Assembly: GCF_003018235.1 (NCBI RefSeq)
Contig: NZ_CP027437.1
From: Escherichia coli
GTDB lineage: Bacteria > Pseudomonadota > Gammaproteobacteria > Enterobacterales > Enterobacteriaceae
Length of the DNA: 64,000 bases
Direction: 5' to 3' (one strand)
In this document: in pieces, positions 21,923 to 35,651 of the stretch
Position numbering within the stretch: position 1 is the stretch's first letter
Layout of the letters: every line of letters starts with the position of its first letter
Notes under the pieces: generated by a model
What the model saw: the letters and a program-made list of their open reading frames with translations, nothing else
Database searches by the model: none
What the model was told of the DNA's origin: nothing
Translations under genes and position numbers: made by a program

Positions 21923-23722
21923 ATGACGACACAGGTCCCACCTTCCGCGTTGCTTCCGTTGAACCCGGAGCAACTGGCACGCCTTCAGGCGGCCACGACC
22001 GATTTAACTCCCACCCAGCTTGCCTGGGTTTCTGGCTATTTCTGGGGCGTGCTCAACCAGCAGCCTGCTGCGCTTGCAGCGACGCCAGCGCCCGCCGCAG
22101 AAATGCCGGGTATAACTATTATCTCCGCTTCGCAAACCGGCAATGCGCGCCGGGTTGCTGAAGCATTACGCGATGATTTATTAGCGGCAAAACTGAACGT
22201 TAAGCTGGTGAACGCGGGCGACTATAAATTCAAACAAATCGCCAGCGAAAAACTGCTTATCGTGGTGACGTCAACGCAAGGGGAAGGGGAACCGCCGGAA
22301 GAAGCCGTCGCGCTGCATAAGTTCCTGTTCTCCAAAAAAGCGCCAAAGCTGGAAAACACCGCGTTTGCCGTGTTTAGCCTCGGCGATAGTTCTTATGAAT
22401 TTTTCTGCCAGTCCGGGAAAGATTTTGACAGTAAGCTGGCGGAACTGGGCGGTGAACGCCTGCTCGACCGTGTCGATGCCGACGTTGAATACCAGGCTGC
22501 TGCCAGCGAGTGGCGCGCCCGCGTGGTTGATGCGCTTAAATCGCGTGCGCCTGTCGCGGCACCTTCGCAATCCGTCGCTACTGGCGCGGTAAATGAAATC
22601 CACACCAGCCCGTACAGCAAAGACGCGCCGCTGGTGGCGAGCCTCTCTGTTAACCAGAAAATTACCGGGCGTAACTCTGAAAAAGACGTTCGCCATATCG
22701 AAATTGACTTAGGTGACTCTGGCCTGCGTTACCAGCCGGGTGACGCGCTGGGCGTCTGGTATCAGAACGATCCGGCACTGGTGAAAGAACTTGTCGAACT
22801 GCTGTGGCTGAAAGGCGATGAAACTGTCACCGTTGACGGCAAAACCCTGCCGCTGAACGAAGCGCTACAGTGGCACTTCGAACTGACCGTCAACACCGCC
22901 AACATTGTTGAGAACTATGCCACGCTTACCCGCAGCGAAACGCTGCTGCCGCTGGTGGGCGATAAAGCGAAGTTACAGCATTACGCCGCGACCACGCCGA
23001 TTGTCGACATGGTGCGTTTCTCTCCGGCGCAACTGGATGCCGAAGCGCTGATTAATCTGCTGCGCCCGCTGACCCCGCGCCTGTATTCCATCGCCTCCTC
23101 GCAGGCGGAAGTCGAGAACGAAGTACACGTCACCGTTGGTGTGGTGCGTTACGACGTGGAAGGCCGCGCCCGTGCCGGTGGTGCCTCCAGCTTCCTCGCG
23201 GACCGCGTGGAAGAAGAGGGCGAAGTCCGCGTATTTATCGAACATAACGACAACTTCCGCCTGCCAGCCAACCCAGAAACCCCGGTGATTATGATTGGCC
23301 CAGGCACCGGCATCGCGCCGTTCCGAGCCTTTATGCAGCAGCGCGCCGCTGACGAAGCGCCGGGTAAAAACTGGCTGTTCTTTGGCAATCCGCACTTTAC
23401 GGAAGATTTCCTCTACCAGGTGGAATGGCAGCGCTACGTCAAAGAGGGCGTGCTGACGCGTATCGATCTTGCCTGGTCGCGCGATCAAAAAGAAAAAATT
23501 TACGTACAAGACAAACTGCGCGAACAGGGCGCGGAGCTGTGGCGCTGGATCAATGACGGTGCCCACATTTATGTCTGCGGCGACGCTAATCGCATGGCGA
23601 AAGACGTTGAGCAGGCACTTCTGGAAGTGATTGCCGAATTTGGTGGCATGGACACCGAAGCGGCGGATGAATTTTTAAGTGAGCTGCGCGTAGAGCGCCG
23701 TTATCAGCGAGATGTCTACTAA
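21923..23722 (+). CDS. cysJ: Sulfite reductase [NADPH] flavoprotein alpha subunit
   Basis: 599-aa ORF with flavodoxin and FAD/NADPH-binding domains; stop overlaps cysI start. Confidence 0.97.
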   Translation: MTTQVPPSALLPLNPEQLARLQAATTDLTPTQLAWVSGYFWGVLNQQPAALAATPAPAAEMPGITIISASQTGNARRVAEALRDDLLAAKLNVKLVNAGDYKFKQIASEKLLIVVTSTQGEGEPPEEAVALHKFLFSKKAPKLENTAFAVFSLGDSSYEFFCQSGKDFDSKLAELGGERLLDRVDADVEYQAAASEWRARVVDALKSRAPVAAPSQSVATGAVNEIHTSPYSKDAPLVASLSVNQKITGRNSEKDVRHIEIDLGDSGLRYQPGDALGVWYQNDPALVKELVELLWLKGDETVTVDGKTLPLNEALQWHFELTVNTANIVENYATLTRSETLLPLVGDKAKLQHYAATTPIVDMVRFSPAQLDAEALINLLRPLTPRLYSIASSQAEVENEVHVTVGVVRYDVEGRARAGGASSFLADRVEEEGEVRVFIEHNDNFRLPANPETPVIMIGPGTGIAPFRAFMQQRAADEAPGKNWLFFGNPHFTEDFLYQVEWQRYVKEGVLTRIDLAWSRDQKEKIYVQDKLREQGAELWRWINDGAHIYVCGDANRMAKDVEQALLEVIAEFGGMDTEAADEFLSELRVERRYQRDVY

Positions 23723-25434
23723 TGAGCGAAAAACATCCAGGGCCTTCAGTGGTCGAAGGAAAACTGACAGACGCCGAGCGCATGAAGCTTGAAAGCAACT
23801 ACCTGCGCGGCACCATTGCGGAAGATTTAAACGACGGTCTGACCGGTGGTTTTAAGGGCGACAACTTCCTGCTGATCCGCTTCCACGGCATGTATCAGCA
23901 GGATGACCGCGACATCCGCGCCGAACGTGCTGAACAGAAGCTGGAGCCACGTCATGCAATGCTGTTGCGCTGTCGTCTGCCGGGTGGGGTGATTACCACC
24001 AAACAGTGGCAGGCGATCGATAAATTTGCCGGTGAAAACACCATCTATGGCAGCATTCGCCTGACCAACCGCCAGACGTTTCAGTTCCACGGCATTCTGA
24101 AAAAGAACGTCAAACCGGTGCACCAGATGCTGCACTCGGTCGGTCTTGATGCGCTGGCGACTGCTAACGACATGAACCGTAACGTGCTGTGCACTTCGAA
24201 CCCGTTCGAGTCGCAGCTGCACGCGGAAGCCTATGAATGGGCGAAGAAAATCTCTGAACATCTGCTGCCTCGTACCCGCGCGTATGCAGAGATCTGGCTC
24301 GATCAGGAAAAAGTCGCCACTACTGATGAAGAGCCGATCCTTGGTCAGACCTACCTGCCGCGTAAGTTCAAAACCACGGTAGTGATCCCGCCGCAGAACG
24401 ATATCGATCTGCACGCCAACGACATGAACTTCGTGGCGATCGCCGAAAACGGCAAGCTGGTGGGCTTTAACCTGCTGGTGGGCGGTGGGCTTTCCATCGA
24501 GCACGGCAACAAGAAAACCTACGCCCGCACCGCGAGTGAGTTTGGCTATCTGCCGCTGGAGCATACACTGGCAGTGGCGGAAGCCGTCGTGACAACTCAG
24601 CGTGACTGGGGTAACCGAACCGATCGTAAAAATGCCAAAACCAAATACACGCTGGAGCGCGTGGGGGTTGAGACGTTTAAAGCGGAAGTGGAGCGTCGCG
24701 CGGGGATCAAATTTGAACCGATCCGTCCGTATGAGTTCACCGGACGCGGCGATCGTATTGGTTGGGTTAAGGGCATTGATGATAACTGGCACCTGACGCT
24801 GTTTATCGAAAATGGTCGCATCCTTGATTATCCGGGGCGTCCGCTGAAAACTGGCCTGCTGGAGATCGCGAAGATCCACAAAGGTGATTTCCGCATTACG
24901 GCGAACCAGAATCTGATCATCGCCGGTGTGCCGGAAAGCGAGAAAGCGAAGATCGAGAAGATCGCCAAAGAGAGCGGGTTAATGAATGCCGTCACGCCGC
25001 AGCGTGAAAACTCAATGGCCTGCGTGTCATTCCCGACTTGCCCGCTGGCGATGGCCGAAGCCGAGCGTTTCCTGCCGTCTTTTATCGACAACATCGATAA
25101 TTTAATGGCGAAACATGGTGTCAGCGATGAGCATATCGTGATGCGTGTAACAGGCTGCCCGAACGGTTGTGGTCGCGCGATGCTGGCGGAAGTGGGCCTG
25201 GTGGGTAAAGCGCCGGGTCGCTACAACCTGCATCTTGGCGGCAACCGCATTGGGACACGTATCCCACGGATGTATAAAGAAAACATCACCGAGCCGGAAA
25301 TCCTGGCGTCGCTTGATGAACTGATAGGGCGCTGGGCGAAAGAGCGCGAAGCGGGTGAAGGCTTCGGCGACTTTACGGTGCGTGCGGGCATCATTCGCCC
25401 GGTGCTCGATCCGGCGCGCGATTTGTGGGATTAA
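23722..25434 (+). CDS. cysI: Sulfite reductase [NADPH] hemoprotein beta subunit
   Basis: 570-aa ORF; nitrite/sulfite reductase siroheme Fe-S family. Confidence 0.97.
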   Translation: MSEKHPGPSVVEGKLTDAERMKLESNYLRGTIAEDLNDGLTGGFKGDNFLLIRFHGMYQQDDRDIRAERAEQKLEPRHAMLLRCRLPGGVITTKQWQAIDKFAGENTIYGSIRLTNRQTFQFHGILKKNVKPVHQMLHSVGLDALATANDMNRNVLCTSNPFESQLHAEAYEWAKKISEHLLPRTRAYAEIWLDQEKVATTDEEPILGQTYLPRKFKTTVVIPPQNDIDLHANDMNFVAIAENGKLVGFNLLVGGGLSIEHGNKKTYARTASEFGYLPLEHTLAVAEAVVTTQRDWGNRTDRKNAKTKYTLERVGVETFKAEVERRAGIKFEPIRPYEFTGRGDRIGWVKGIDDNWHLTLFIENGRILDYPGRPLKTGLLEIAKIHKGDFRITANQNLIIAGVPESEKAKIEKIAKESGLMNAVTPQRENSMACVSFPTCPLAMAEAERFLPSFIDNIDNLMAKHGVSDEHIVMRVTGCPNGCGRAMLAEVGLVGKAPGRYNLHLGGNRIGTRIPRMYKENITEPEILASLDELIGRWAKEREAGEGFGDFTVRAGIIRPVLDPARDLWD

Positions 25435-25450
25435 CCATCAGCCCGGTCTT

Positions 25451-25486
25451 GTAGGCCTGATAAGACGCGTGAGCGTCGCATCAGGC
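25451..25486. repeat. REP element between cysI and cysH
   Basis: gtaggcctgataagacgcgtgagcgtcgcatcaggc palindromic unit. Confidence 0.7.
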
Positions 25487-25507
25487 AAGGCAAACAGTGA
25501 GGAATCT

Positions 25508-26242
25508 ATGTCCAAACTCGATCTAAACGCCCTGAACGAACTGCCGAAGGTAGATCGCATTCTGGCGCTGGCAGAAACTAACGCCGAACTGGAAAAACTG
25601 GATGCTGAAGGCCGCGTTGCCTGGGCGCTGGATAATCTGCCCGGTGAATATGTACTTTCTTCCAGTTTCGGCATTCAGGCGGCGGTGAGCCTGCATCTGG
25701 TGAATCAGATTCACCCGGATATCCCGGTGATCCTGACCGATACGGGTTATCTGTTCCCGGAAACCTACCGCTTTATTGACGAGTTAACGGACAAACTCAA
25801 GCTCAACCTGAAAGTGTACCGCGCTACCGAAAGCGCCGCCTGGCAGGAAGCGCGCTACGGCAAACTGTGGGAGCAGGGTGTTGAAGGCATTGAAAAGTAC
25901 AATGACATCAACAAAGTCGAACCGATGAACCGGGCGCTGAAAGAACTGAATGCGCAAACGTGGTTTGCTGGCCTGCGCCGCGAACAATCCGGCAGTCGCG
26001 CCAATTTACCGGTGCTGGCAATTCAGCGTGGCGTATTTAAAGTGCTGCCGATTATCGACTGGGATAACCGAACGATATATCAGTATCTGCAAAAACATGG
26101 CCTGAAATATCACCCATTATGGGACGAAGGATATTTATCGGTCGGTGATACCCATACAACCCGTAAATGGGAACCCGGCATGGCGGAAGAAGAAACGCGT
26201 TTCTTTGGCTTAAAAAGAGAATGTGGTTTACACGAAGGGTAA
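25508..26242 (+). CDS. cysH: Phosphoadenosine phosphosulfate (PAPS) reductase
   Basis: ORF 25355-26242; start set at [14 protein letters not shown] (244 aa); C-terminal ECGLH motif. Confidence 0.95.
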   Translation: MSKLDLNALNELPKVDRILALAETNAELEKLDAEGRVAWALDNLPGEYVLSSSFGIQAAVSLHLVNQIHPDIPVILTDTGYLFPETYRFIDELTDKLKLNLKVYRATESAAWQEARYGKLWEQGVEGIEKYNDINKVEPMNRALKELNAQTWFAGLRREQSGSRANLPVLAIQRGVFKVLPIIDWDNRTIYQYLQKHGLKYHPLWDEGYLSVGDTHTTRKWEPGMAEEETRFFGLKRECGLHEG

Positions 26243-26260
26243 ATGTTATCCGGATAAATT

Positions 26261-26299
26261 AAACGCCTCTGTCAGAAATGATGGGGGCGTTTTTATTTT
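26261..26299 (+). terminator. Rho-independent terminator after cysH
   Basis: aaacgcc...ggcgttt stem followed by ttttatttt. Confidence 0.6.
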
Positions 26300-26409
26300 G
26301 CGAGCAGCATTCCTGATTTTAAACGTGAACGCCGCTGGAAGAATCAACAGGTATAGAATGGTGTCGGGTGCTTGAGGCTGTCTGGCGTTAAGCATTCGCG
26401 AGGTTCCAG

Positions 26410-26514
26410 ATGGACAAAAGCCCCAGGCGATATTTCTATCAACCTGAGGCCAGCGTTCGAACCCAAACAATTCGAATGTTAGTCTCTTCTTTGCAGGGAG
26501 GCAAGACATGCTGA
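26410..26514 (+). CDS. mok-like leader ORF overlapping the hok-like start (34 codons)
   Basis: ATG at 26410, stop TGA at 26512-26514 overlapping the downstream ATG (acATGcTGA); translation [34 protein letters not shown]. Confidence 0.4.
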   Translation: MDKSPRRYFYQPEASVRTQTIRMLVSSLQGGKTC

Positions 26515-26660
26515 CAAAATATGCCCTTGTGGCAATCATAGTGCTGTGTTTTACAGTACTGGGATTCACGCTGATGGTAGGCGACTCGTTGTGTGAGTTG
26601 AGTATCAGAGAACGTGGTATGGAGTTTAAGGCAGTTCTCGCTTACGAATCGAAGAAGTAG
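26508..26660 (+). CDS. Hok/Gef-family membrane toxin (type I toxin-antitoxin), 50 aa
   Basis: [50 protein letters not shown]: single TM helix plus conserved LCEL..R.G..E..A..AYES.K tail; below the ORF-track size cutoff. Confidence 0.8.
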   Translation: MLTKYALVAIIVLCFTVLGFTLMVGDSLCELSIRERGMEFKAVLAYESKK

Positions 26661-26786
26661 CCACCACGCGGGGGTAAAACCCCGCGTACTGAATTGTTAA
26701 AGTTTGGCCTCCTGCACCCCTTTTTTATACTCTGTTTCTGGTGGCATTGATTTCCTGCAGGCAAGGGAGTAATCATTTCAAACCCA

Positions 26787-27824
26787 TCAAGACGCCTTCG
26801 CCAGCTCCTTCACCAGCGGTAGCATTATCCGCATAACATCACGGCAGCGACGTTCTATTCTTCCTGGAAGTGCCTTATCAATATGTTGTTGATTATCCAG
26901 TCTTACGTCATGCCAGCTATTTCCCGCAGGGAATGCAGCTGTTTTTGCGCGTTGCTGATAACCATCCTTATTCCCAAGATTCCAATTTGTTGCTTCTACC
27001 GAAAGTACGGCAATACCGGCTTTGTCGAAAACTTCGGCGTCATTACAACAGCCAGTACCCTTCGGATAATTTTTATTCAAACCCGGATTGGTCGTTGCGG
27101 CAATTCCATGACTACGCGCAATTGCCAGCGCCCTGTCGCGCGTTAATTTCCTTACTGCTTCAGGGGTTTTTACGCCGCTGTTGAAATACAATTTATCGCC
27201 AACAATTAAGTTATCGAGATTAATCACCAGCAGCGTATTTTTCTTTTCGGTGTCACTCATCCGCTTGAGTAAATTCTCAGCACCTAATTTCCCTTCCTCT
27301 TCACCACTGGTCGCCACAAATCGAATACCATACTCGGTAGGCGTATTTTTCAGGCGTTCTGCCAATTCCAGCATGACACCTAAACCTGCAGCGTTATCAT
27401 CCATTCCTTGTAACGTCAGTCCGCCGAGATTGGCATCGGCGTCAGCATCGCTCAGCGGGGCGTAAGTATCCAGATGCGCCATAATGATGATCTGCTGCGG
27501 CGCTTTGCCTTCATGAGCGGCAATCACCGTACTTCCCGTCACGTTATGCCAGCTCTTGCGATTATCGCGGGCGGTATAAATATACCGACTATTAAATGTC
27601 CGAATATCACTGCGATAACCCATTTGCTGAAACTGTTGGCGAATATAATCGGCAGATAACATTTCTGCTGGAGTTCCGGTCATGCGTCCCGGAAAGAAAG
27701 TAGCAATATGTCGTGCCTGAGTATTAGCAAAATCGCCAGGTTTAGATGACGAGGCGTGTACGGGGAGAATAAAGCATACGCCGAGCGCCAGGGCAGCGGT
27801 ACGGTGGCGCAATGCGGAAAACAT
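26787..27824 (-). CDS. iap: Alkaline phosphatase isozyme conversion aminopeptidase
   Basis: 345-aa ORF with signal peptide; M28 peptidase family; convergent with cysH. Confidence 0.9.
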   Translation of the reverse strand: MFSALRHRTAALALGVCFILPVHASSSKPGDFANTQARHIATFFPGRMTGTPAEMLSADYIRQQFQQMGYRSDIRTFNSRYIYTARDNRKSWHNVTGSTVIAAHEGKAPQQIIIMAHLDTYAPLSDADADANLGGLTLQGMDDNAAGLGVMLELAERLKNTPTEYGIRFVATSGEEEGKLGAENLLKRMSDTEKKNTLLVINLDNLIVGDKLYFNSGVKTPEAVRKLTRDRALAIARSHGIAATTNPGLNKNYPKGTGCCNDAEVFDKAGIAVLSVEATNWNLGNKDGYQQRAKTAAFPAGNSWHDVRLDNQQHIDKALPGRIERRCRDVMRIMLPLVKELAKAS

Positions 27825-28075
27825 AGTGAGTCCTTAAATACCATGCAAATTTTTTTACCGCCATAGTATGAAACTGCCGATGCGCTAAAACAATTTCAAA
27901 TCTTCCTAAACGCCCGAAATCCGGTGCCTTAAGCACTTTTTGATATTAGCTTTGCCAAATCGTTATTCCGTTAAGGAACTACTCATTCTAATTGGTAATT
28001 TCATTCGTTCTCCTGCGCTCCCTATAGTCGAAACATCTGATGGCAAGAAAATAGCGGTATTGCAAAGGAACGGTT

Positions 28076-28984
28076 ATGGATCAAAAACGACTTACTCACC
28101 TGCGGCAACTGGAGGCGGAAAGCATCCACATTATTCGCGAGGTGGCGGCAGAATTCTCAAATCCGGTGATGCTCTACTCTATCGGTAAAGATTCCAGCGT
28201 CATGCTGCATCTGGCGCGCAAGGCGTTTTATCCAGGTACGCTGCCTTTCCCGTTGCTGCATGTCGATACCGGCTGGAAATTCCGCGAGATGTATGAGTTC
28301 CGCGATCGTACGGCTAAAGCCTACGGCTGCGAGCTGCTGGTGCATAAAAACCCGGAAGGCGTGGCGATGGGGATTAATCCATTCGTTCATGGCAGCGCGA
28401 AACATACCGATATTATGAAAACTGAAGGCCTGAAACAGGCGCTGAATAAATACGGTTTTGATGCCGCCTTCGGTGGTGCACGCCGCGACGAAGAGAAATC
28501 CCGCGCTAAAGAGCGAATCTACTCTTTCCGTGACCGCTTCCATCGCTGGGATCCGAAAAATCAGCGCCCGGAGCTGTGGCACAACTACAACGGGCAAATT
28601 AACAAAGGCGAAAGCATTCGCGTCTTCCCGCTCTCTAACTGGACCGAGCAGGATATCTGGCAATACATCTGGCTGGAAAATATCGATATTGTTCCGCTGT
28701 ATCTCGCTGCGGAACGACCGGTTCTGGAACGCGACGGTATGTTGATGATGATTGATGACAACCGTATCGACCTGCAACCGGGCGAAGTGATTAAAAAACG
28801 GATGGTGCGTTTCCGTACGCTGGGCTGCTGGCCGCTGACCGGCGCGGTGGAGTCAAATGCGCAAACACTGCCGGAGATCATCGAAGAGATGCTGGTCTCC
28901 ACCACCAGTGAACGTCAGGGCCGCGTGATTGACCGCGACCAGGCGGGGTCTATGGAGCTGAAAAAACGTCAGGGGTATTTTTAA
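28076..28984 (+). CDS. cysD: Sulfate adenylyltransferase subunit 2
   Basis: 302-aa ORF; PAPS-reductase-like fold. Confidence 0.97.
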   Translation: MDQKRLTHLRQLEAESIHIIREVAAEFSNPVMLYSIGKDSSVMLHLARKAFYPGTLPFPLLHVDTGWKFREMYEFRDRTAKAYGCELLVHKNPEGVAMGINPFVHGSAKHTDIMKTEGLKQALNKYGFDAAFGGARRDEEKSRAKERIYSFRDRFHRWDPKNQRPELWHNYNGQINKGESIRVFPLSNWTEQDIWQYIWLENIDIVPLYLAAERPVLERDGMLMMIDDNRIDLQPGEVIKKRMVRFRTLGCWPLTGAVESNAQTLPEIIEEMLVSTTSERQGRVIDRDQAGSMELKKRQGYF

Positions 28985-28985
28985 G

Positions 28986-30413
28986 ATGAACACCGCACTT
29001 GCACAACAAATCGCCAATGAAGGCGGCGTCGAAGCCTGGATGATTGCGCAACAACATAAAAGCCTGCTGCGTTTTCTGACCTGTGGTAGCGTCGATGACG
29101 GCAAAAGTACCCTGATTGGTCGCCTGTTGCACGATACCCGCCAAATCTACGAAGATCAGCTCTCATCGCTGCATAACGACAGTAAACGTCACGGCACCCA
29201 GGGCGAAAAACTGGATCTGGCACTGCTGGTGGACGGCCTGCAAGCTGAGCGCGAACAGGGCATCACCATTGACGTGGCTTACCGTTATTTCTCTACCGAG
29301 AAGCGTAAATTTATTATCGCCGATACCCCAGGGCACGAGCAGTACACTCGCAATATGGCGACTGGCGCATCGACATGTGAACTGGCGATCTTACTGATCG
29401 ATGCCCGTAAAGGCGTGCTCGATCAAACCCGTCGTCACAGTTTTATCTCCACACTGTTGGGGATCAAACATCTGGTCGTGGCGATCAACAAAATGGATCT
29501 GGTGGATTACAGTGAAGAGACGTTCACCCGTATTCGTGAAGATTATTTGACCTTTGCCGGGCAGCTGCCGGGTAATCTGGATATCCGCTTTGTGCCGCTC
29601 TCTGCACTGGAAGGCGACAACGTGGCTTCGCAAAGTGAAAGTATGCCGTGGTACAGCGGTCCGACACTGCTCGAAGTGCTGGAAACCGTGGAGATCCAGC
29701 GAGTGGTGGATGCCCAGCCAATGCGCTTCCCGGTGCAGTACGTTAATCGCCCGAATCTCGATTTTCGTGGCTACGCCGGAACGCTGGCATCCGGTCGCGT
29801 GGAAGTCGGGCAACGTGTAAAAGTGCTGCCCTCTGGTGTGGAATCAAACGTCGCGCGGATCGTGACTTTTGATGGCGATTGCAAAGAAGCCTTTGCCGGA
29901 GAAGCGATCACCCTGGTGCTGACGGATGAGATCGACATCAGCCGTGGCGATCTGCTGCTGGCGGCAGACGAAGCGTTACCGGCTGTGCAGAGCGCGTCGG
30001 TGGATGTGGTATGGATGGCGGAACAGCCGCTTTCCCCGGGCCAGAGTTATGACATCAAAATTGCCGGTAAGAAGACGCGTGCTCGTGTTGATGGCATTCG
30101 TTATCAGGTTGATATTAATAACCTTACCCAACGCGAAGTTGAAAACCTGCCGCTGAACGGCATCGGCCTGGTGGATCTCACTTTTGACGAGCCACTGGTG
30201 TTAGATCGTTATCAGCAAAATCCGGTTACCGGTGGGCTGATTTTTATCGATCGCCTGAGCAATGTGACCGTGGGTGCCGGTATGGTGCACGAGCCAGTTA
30301 GCCAGGCAACTGCTGCGCCATCTGAATTCAGTGCATTCGAACTGGAATTGAATGCCCTGGTTCGTCGCCACTTTCCGCACTGGGGCGCGCGCGATTTGCT
30401 GGGGGATAAATAA
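28986..30413 (+). CDS. cysN: Sulfate adenylyltransferase subunit 1 (GTPase)
   Basis: 475-aa ORF with GTP-binding motifs ([18 protein letters not shown]). Confidence 0.97.
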
Positions 30414-31018
30414 TGGCGCTGCATGACGAAAACGTCGTCTGGCATAGCCATCCGGTCACTGTGCAACAACGCGAGCTACACCACGGTCATCGTGGTGTAG
30501 TGCTGTGGTTTACCGGCCTCTCCGGGTCCGGTAAATCAACGGTCGCCGGGGCGCTGGAGGAGGCGTTACATAAACTCGGCGTCAGTACGTATCTGCTGGA
30601 TGGCGACAATGTTCGCCACGGATTATGCAGCGATCTCGGTTTTAGCGATGCCGATCGTAAAGAGAATATCCGTCGCGTCGGTGAAGTGGCGAATTTGATG
30701 GTTGAAGCCGGACTGGTGGTGCTGACCGCATTCATCTCGCCACACCGCGCCGAACGCCAGATGGTTCGTGAACGCGTAGGAGAAGGGCGCTTTATCGAAG
30801 TGTTTGTCGATACGCCGCTGGCGATTTGCGAAGCCCGCGATCCAAAAGGCTTATATAAGAAAGCGCGTGCCGGTGAACTGCGCAACTTTACGGGAATAGA
30901 TTCCGTTTACGAAGCGCCTGAATCGGCAGAAATTCATCTCAATGGTGAACAATTAGTAACAAATTTGGTACAGCAATTATTAGATCTGTTGAGACAGAAC
31001 GATATTATCAGATCCTGA
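30413..31018 (+). CDS. cysC: Adenylylsulfate (APS) kinase
   Basis: 201-aa ORF with P-loop GLSGSGKST; start overlaps cysN stop. Confidence 0.97.
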
Positions 31019-31067
31019 GACACCACCGGGTTTCCATGCCCGGTTCGTCAAAGTAACAGGATCAAAT

Positions 31068-31391
31068 ATGCGTAATAGCCATAACATTACACTAACAAAT
31101 AACGACAGCCTTACTGAGGATGAAGAAACCACATGGTCACTGCCTGGTGCCGTGGTCGGTTTTATCTCCTGGTTATTTGCGCTGGCGATGCCGATGTTGA
31201 TTTATGGCTCTAACACGCTGTTTTTCTTTATCTACACCTGGCCTTTCTTTCTGGCACTGATGCCTGTCGCGGTAGTGGTGGGGATTGCGCTGCATTCATT
31301 GATGGACGGAAAGCTACGCTACAGTATTGTTTTCACCCTGGTGACAGTAGGCATTATGTTTGGCGCACTGTTTATGTGGCTACTGGGCTAA
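31068..31391 (+). CDS. ygbE: Small inner-membrane protein YgbE
   Basis: 107-aa ORF with hydrophobic helices; synteny. Confidence 0.8.
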   Translation: MRNSHNITLTNNDSLTEDEETTWSLPGAVVGFISWLFALAMPMLIYGSNTLFFFIYTWPFFLALMPVAVVVGIALHSLMDGKLRYSIVFTLVTVGIMFGALFMWLLG

Positions 31392-31584
31392 TTTGTACTT
31401 TCTTGTCTCCTCTGTTCATAATTCAAACCGTAACTAATAATGAGATTATGTTCTGCACGCCCTGGGTATACGTAACAATGGACAAATGTGGTACATTTGC
31501 CCGCGTTGTCGCGGTATCCCCAACAGAGGATGTAGAGTCGTCTTCGGATGCATGGGATGATGATGCCGTTTTTCAGGGGGCAGG

Positions 31585-31896
31585 ATGGGTAAACTAACGC
31601 TGCTGTTGCTGGCTATTCTGGTCTGGCTACAGTATTCGCTGTGGTTCGGTAAGAACGGTATACATGACTATACCCGCGTCAATGATGATGTGGCGGCACA
31701 GCAAGCTACAAACGCGAAACTTAAAGCGCGAAACGATCAACTTTTTGCCGAAATTGACGATCTCAATGGCGGCCAGGAGGCGCTCGAAGAGCGTGCGCGT
31801 AATGAACTCAGCATGACCAGGCCGGGCGAAACTTTTTATCGTCTGGTGCCTGACGCGTCGAAGCGCGCACAGTCTGCGGGGCAAAACAATCGATAA
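31585..31896 (+). CDS. ftsB: Cell division protein FtsB
   Basis: 103-aa ORF, N-terminal TM then coiled coil. Confidence 0.9.
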
Positions 31897-31914
31897 ATCA
31901 GCCCGGGAATTAAC

Positions 31915-32625
31915 ATGGCAACCACTCATTTGGATGTTTGCGCCGTGGTTCCGGCGGCCGGATTTGGCCGTCGAATGCAAACGGAATGTCCTAAGCAATA
32001 TCTCTCAATCGGTAATCAAACCATTCTTGAACACTCGGTGCATGCGCTGCTGGCGCATCCCCGGGTGACACGTGTCGTCATTGCCATAAGTCCTGGCGAT
32101 AGCCGTTTTGCAAAACTTCCTCTGGCGAATCATCCGCAAATCACCGTTGTAGATGGCGGTGATGAGCGTGCCGATTCCGTGCTGGCAGGTCTGAAAGCCG
32201 CTGGCGACGCGCAGTGGGTATTGGTGCATGACGCCGCTCGTCCTTGTCTGCATCAGGATGACCTCGCGCGATTGTTGGCGTTGAGCGAAACCAGCCGCAC
32301 GGGGGGGATCCTCGCCGCACCAGTGCGCGATACGATGAAACGTGCCGAACCGGGCAAAAATGCCATTGCTCATACCGTTGATCGCAACGGCTTATGGCAC
32401 GCGCTGACGCCGCAATTTTTCCCTCGTGAGCTGTTACATGACTGCCTGACGCGCGCTCTAAATGAAGGCGCTACCATTACCGACGAAGCCTCGGCGCTGG
32501 AATATTGCGGATTTCATCCGCAGTTGGTCGAAGGCCGCGCGGATAACATTAAAGTCACGCGCCCGGAAGATTTGGCACTGGCCGAGTTTTACCTCACCCG
32601 AACCATCCATCAGGAGAATACATAA
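31915..32625 (+). CDS. ispD: 2-C-methyl-D-erythritol 4-phosphate cytidylyltransferase
   Basis: 236-aa ORF; synteny with ispF. Confidence 0.95.
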
Positions 32626-33104
32626 TGCGAATTGGACACGGTTTTGACGTACACGCCTTTGGCGGTGAAGGCCCAATTATCATTGGTGGCGTACGCATTC
32701 CTTACGAAAAAGGATTGCTGGCGCATTCTGATGGCGACGTGGCGCTCCATGCGTTGACCGATGCATTGCTTGGCGCGGCGGCGCTGGGGGATATCGGCAA
32801 ACTGTTCCCGGATACCGATCCGGCATTTAAAGGTGCCGATAGCCGCGAGCTGCTACGCGAAGCCTGGCGTCGTATTCAGGCGAAGGGTTATACCCTTGGC
32901 AACGTCGATGTCACTATCATCGCTCAGGCACCGAAGATGTTGCCGCACATTCCACAAATGCGCGTGTTTATTGCCGAAGATCTCGGCTGCCATATGGATG
33001 ATGTTAACGTGAAAGCCACTACTACGGAAAAACTTGGATTTACCGGACGTGGGGAAGGGATTGCCTGTGAAGCGGTGGCGCTACTCATTAAGGCAACAAA
33101 ATGA
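32625..33104 (+). CDS. ispF: 2-C-methyl-D-erythritol 2,4-cyclodiphosphate synthase
   Basis: 159-aa [16 protein letters not shown]... Confidence 0.95.
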
Positions 33105-34130
33105 TTGAGTTTGATAATCTCACTTACCTCCACGGTAAACCGCAAGGCACCGGGCTGCTGAAAGCCAATCCGGAAGACTTTGTGGTGGTGGAAGATTTGG
33201 GCTTTGAGCCTGATGGTGAAGGTGAGCATATTCTGGTTAGAATCCTCAAAAACGGCTGCAATACCCGTTTTGTGGCGGATGCACTGGCGAAATTCCTGAA
33301 AATTCATTCCCGTGAAGTCAGCTTCGCTGGGCAAAAAGACAAACATGCTGTTACGGAACAGTGGTTATGCGCTCGCGTGCCGGGCAAGGAAATGCCCGAT
33401 CTGAGCGCCTTTCAACTGGAAGGCTGCCAGGTGCTGGAGTATGCGCGGCACAAGCGCAAGCTGCGTTTAGGCGCGCTGAAAGGTAACGCCTTTACCCTGG
33501 TTCTGCGCGAAGTGAGCAATCGCGATGACGTTGAACAACGTCTGATCGATATTTGCGTAAAAGGTGTACCGAACTACTTCGGTGCCCAACGTTTTGGGAT
33601 TGGCGGTAGCAACTTGCAGGGCGCGCTGCGCTGGGCGCAAACCAATACTCCGGTGCGCGATCGCAATAAACGGAGTTTTTGGTTGTCGGCAGCCCGCAGT
33701 GCGTTGTTTAATCAGATTGTTGCTGAGCGCCTCAAAAAAGCAGACGTTAATCAAGTTGTTGACGGCGATGCGCTACAATTAGCCGGACGTGGTAGCTGGT
33801 TTGTCGCAACCACCGAAGAACTGGCGGAATTACAGCGTCGCGTCAACGATAAAGAGCTGATGATAACCGCCGCATTGCCGGGCAGTGGCGAATGGGGAAC
33901 TCAGCGTGAAGCGTTGGCATTCGAACAAGCAGCTGTCGCCGCAGAAACTGAATTACAAGCCTTACTGGTGCGCGAAAAAGTTGAAGCCGCGCGCAGAGCG
34001 ATGCTGCTGTATCCGCAACAATTAAGCTGGAACTGGTGGGATGACGTCACCGTAGAAATCCGTTTCTGGCTTCCGGCGGGAAGTTTTGCAACCAGCGTTG
34101 TCAGGGAACTTATCAACACAACAGGTGATT

Positions 34131-34150
<20 letters not shown>
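33101..34150 (+). CDS. truD: tRNA pseudouridine13 synthase
   Basis: 349-aa ORF; TruD family. Confidence 0.93.
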
Positions 34151-35512
<1,362 letters not shown>

Positions 35513-35651
35513 AACGTGAGGAAATACCTGGATTTTTCCTGGTTATTTTGCCGCAGGTCAGCGTATCGTGAACATCTTTTCCAGTGTTCAGTATGGTGCC
35601 TTGCACGGTAATTATGTCACTGGTTATTAACCAATTTTTCCTGGGGGATAA

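Noticed and set aside
23827-24879. 350-aa ORF antisense to cysI
   Set aside because: Entirely embedded opposite a well-supported gene; no RBS or recognisable domain
26246-26569. 107-aa minus-strand ORF across the cysH-iap interval
   Set aside because: Overlaps the Hok-like locus in antisense; the Hok/mok arrangement explains the region better. An antisense Sok-like RNA is expected here, not a protein
31376-31597. 73-aa ORF between ygbE and ftsB
   Set aside because: No RBS, overlaps the ygbE stop and ftsB start, no recognisable features; the spacer more likely carries the ftsB promoter
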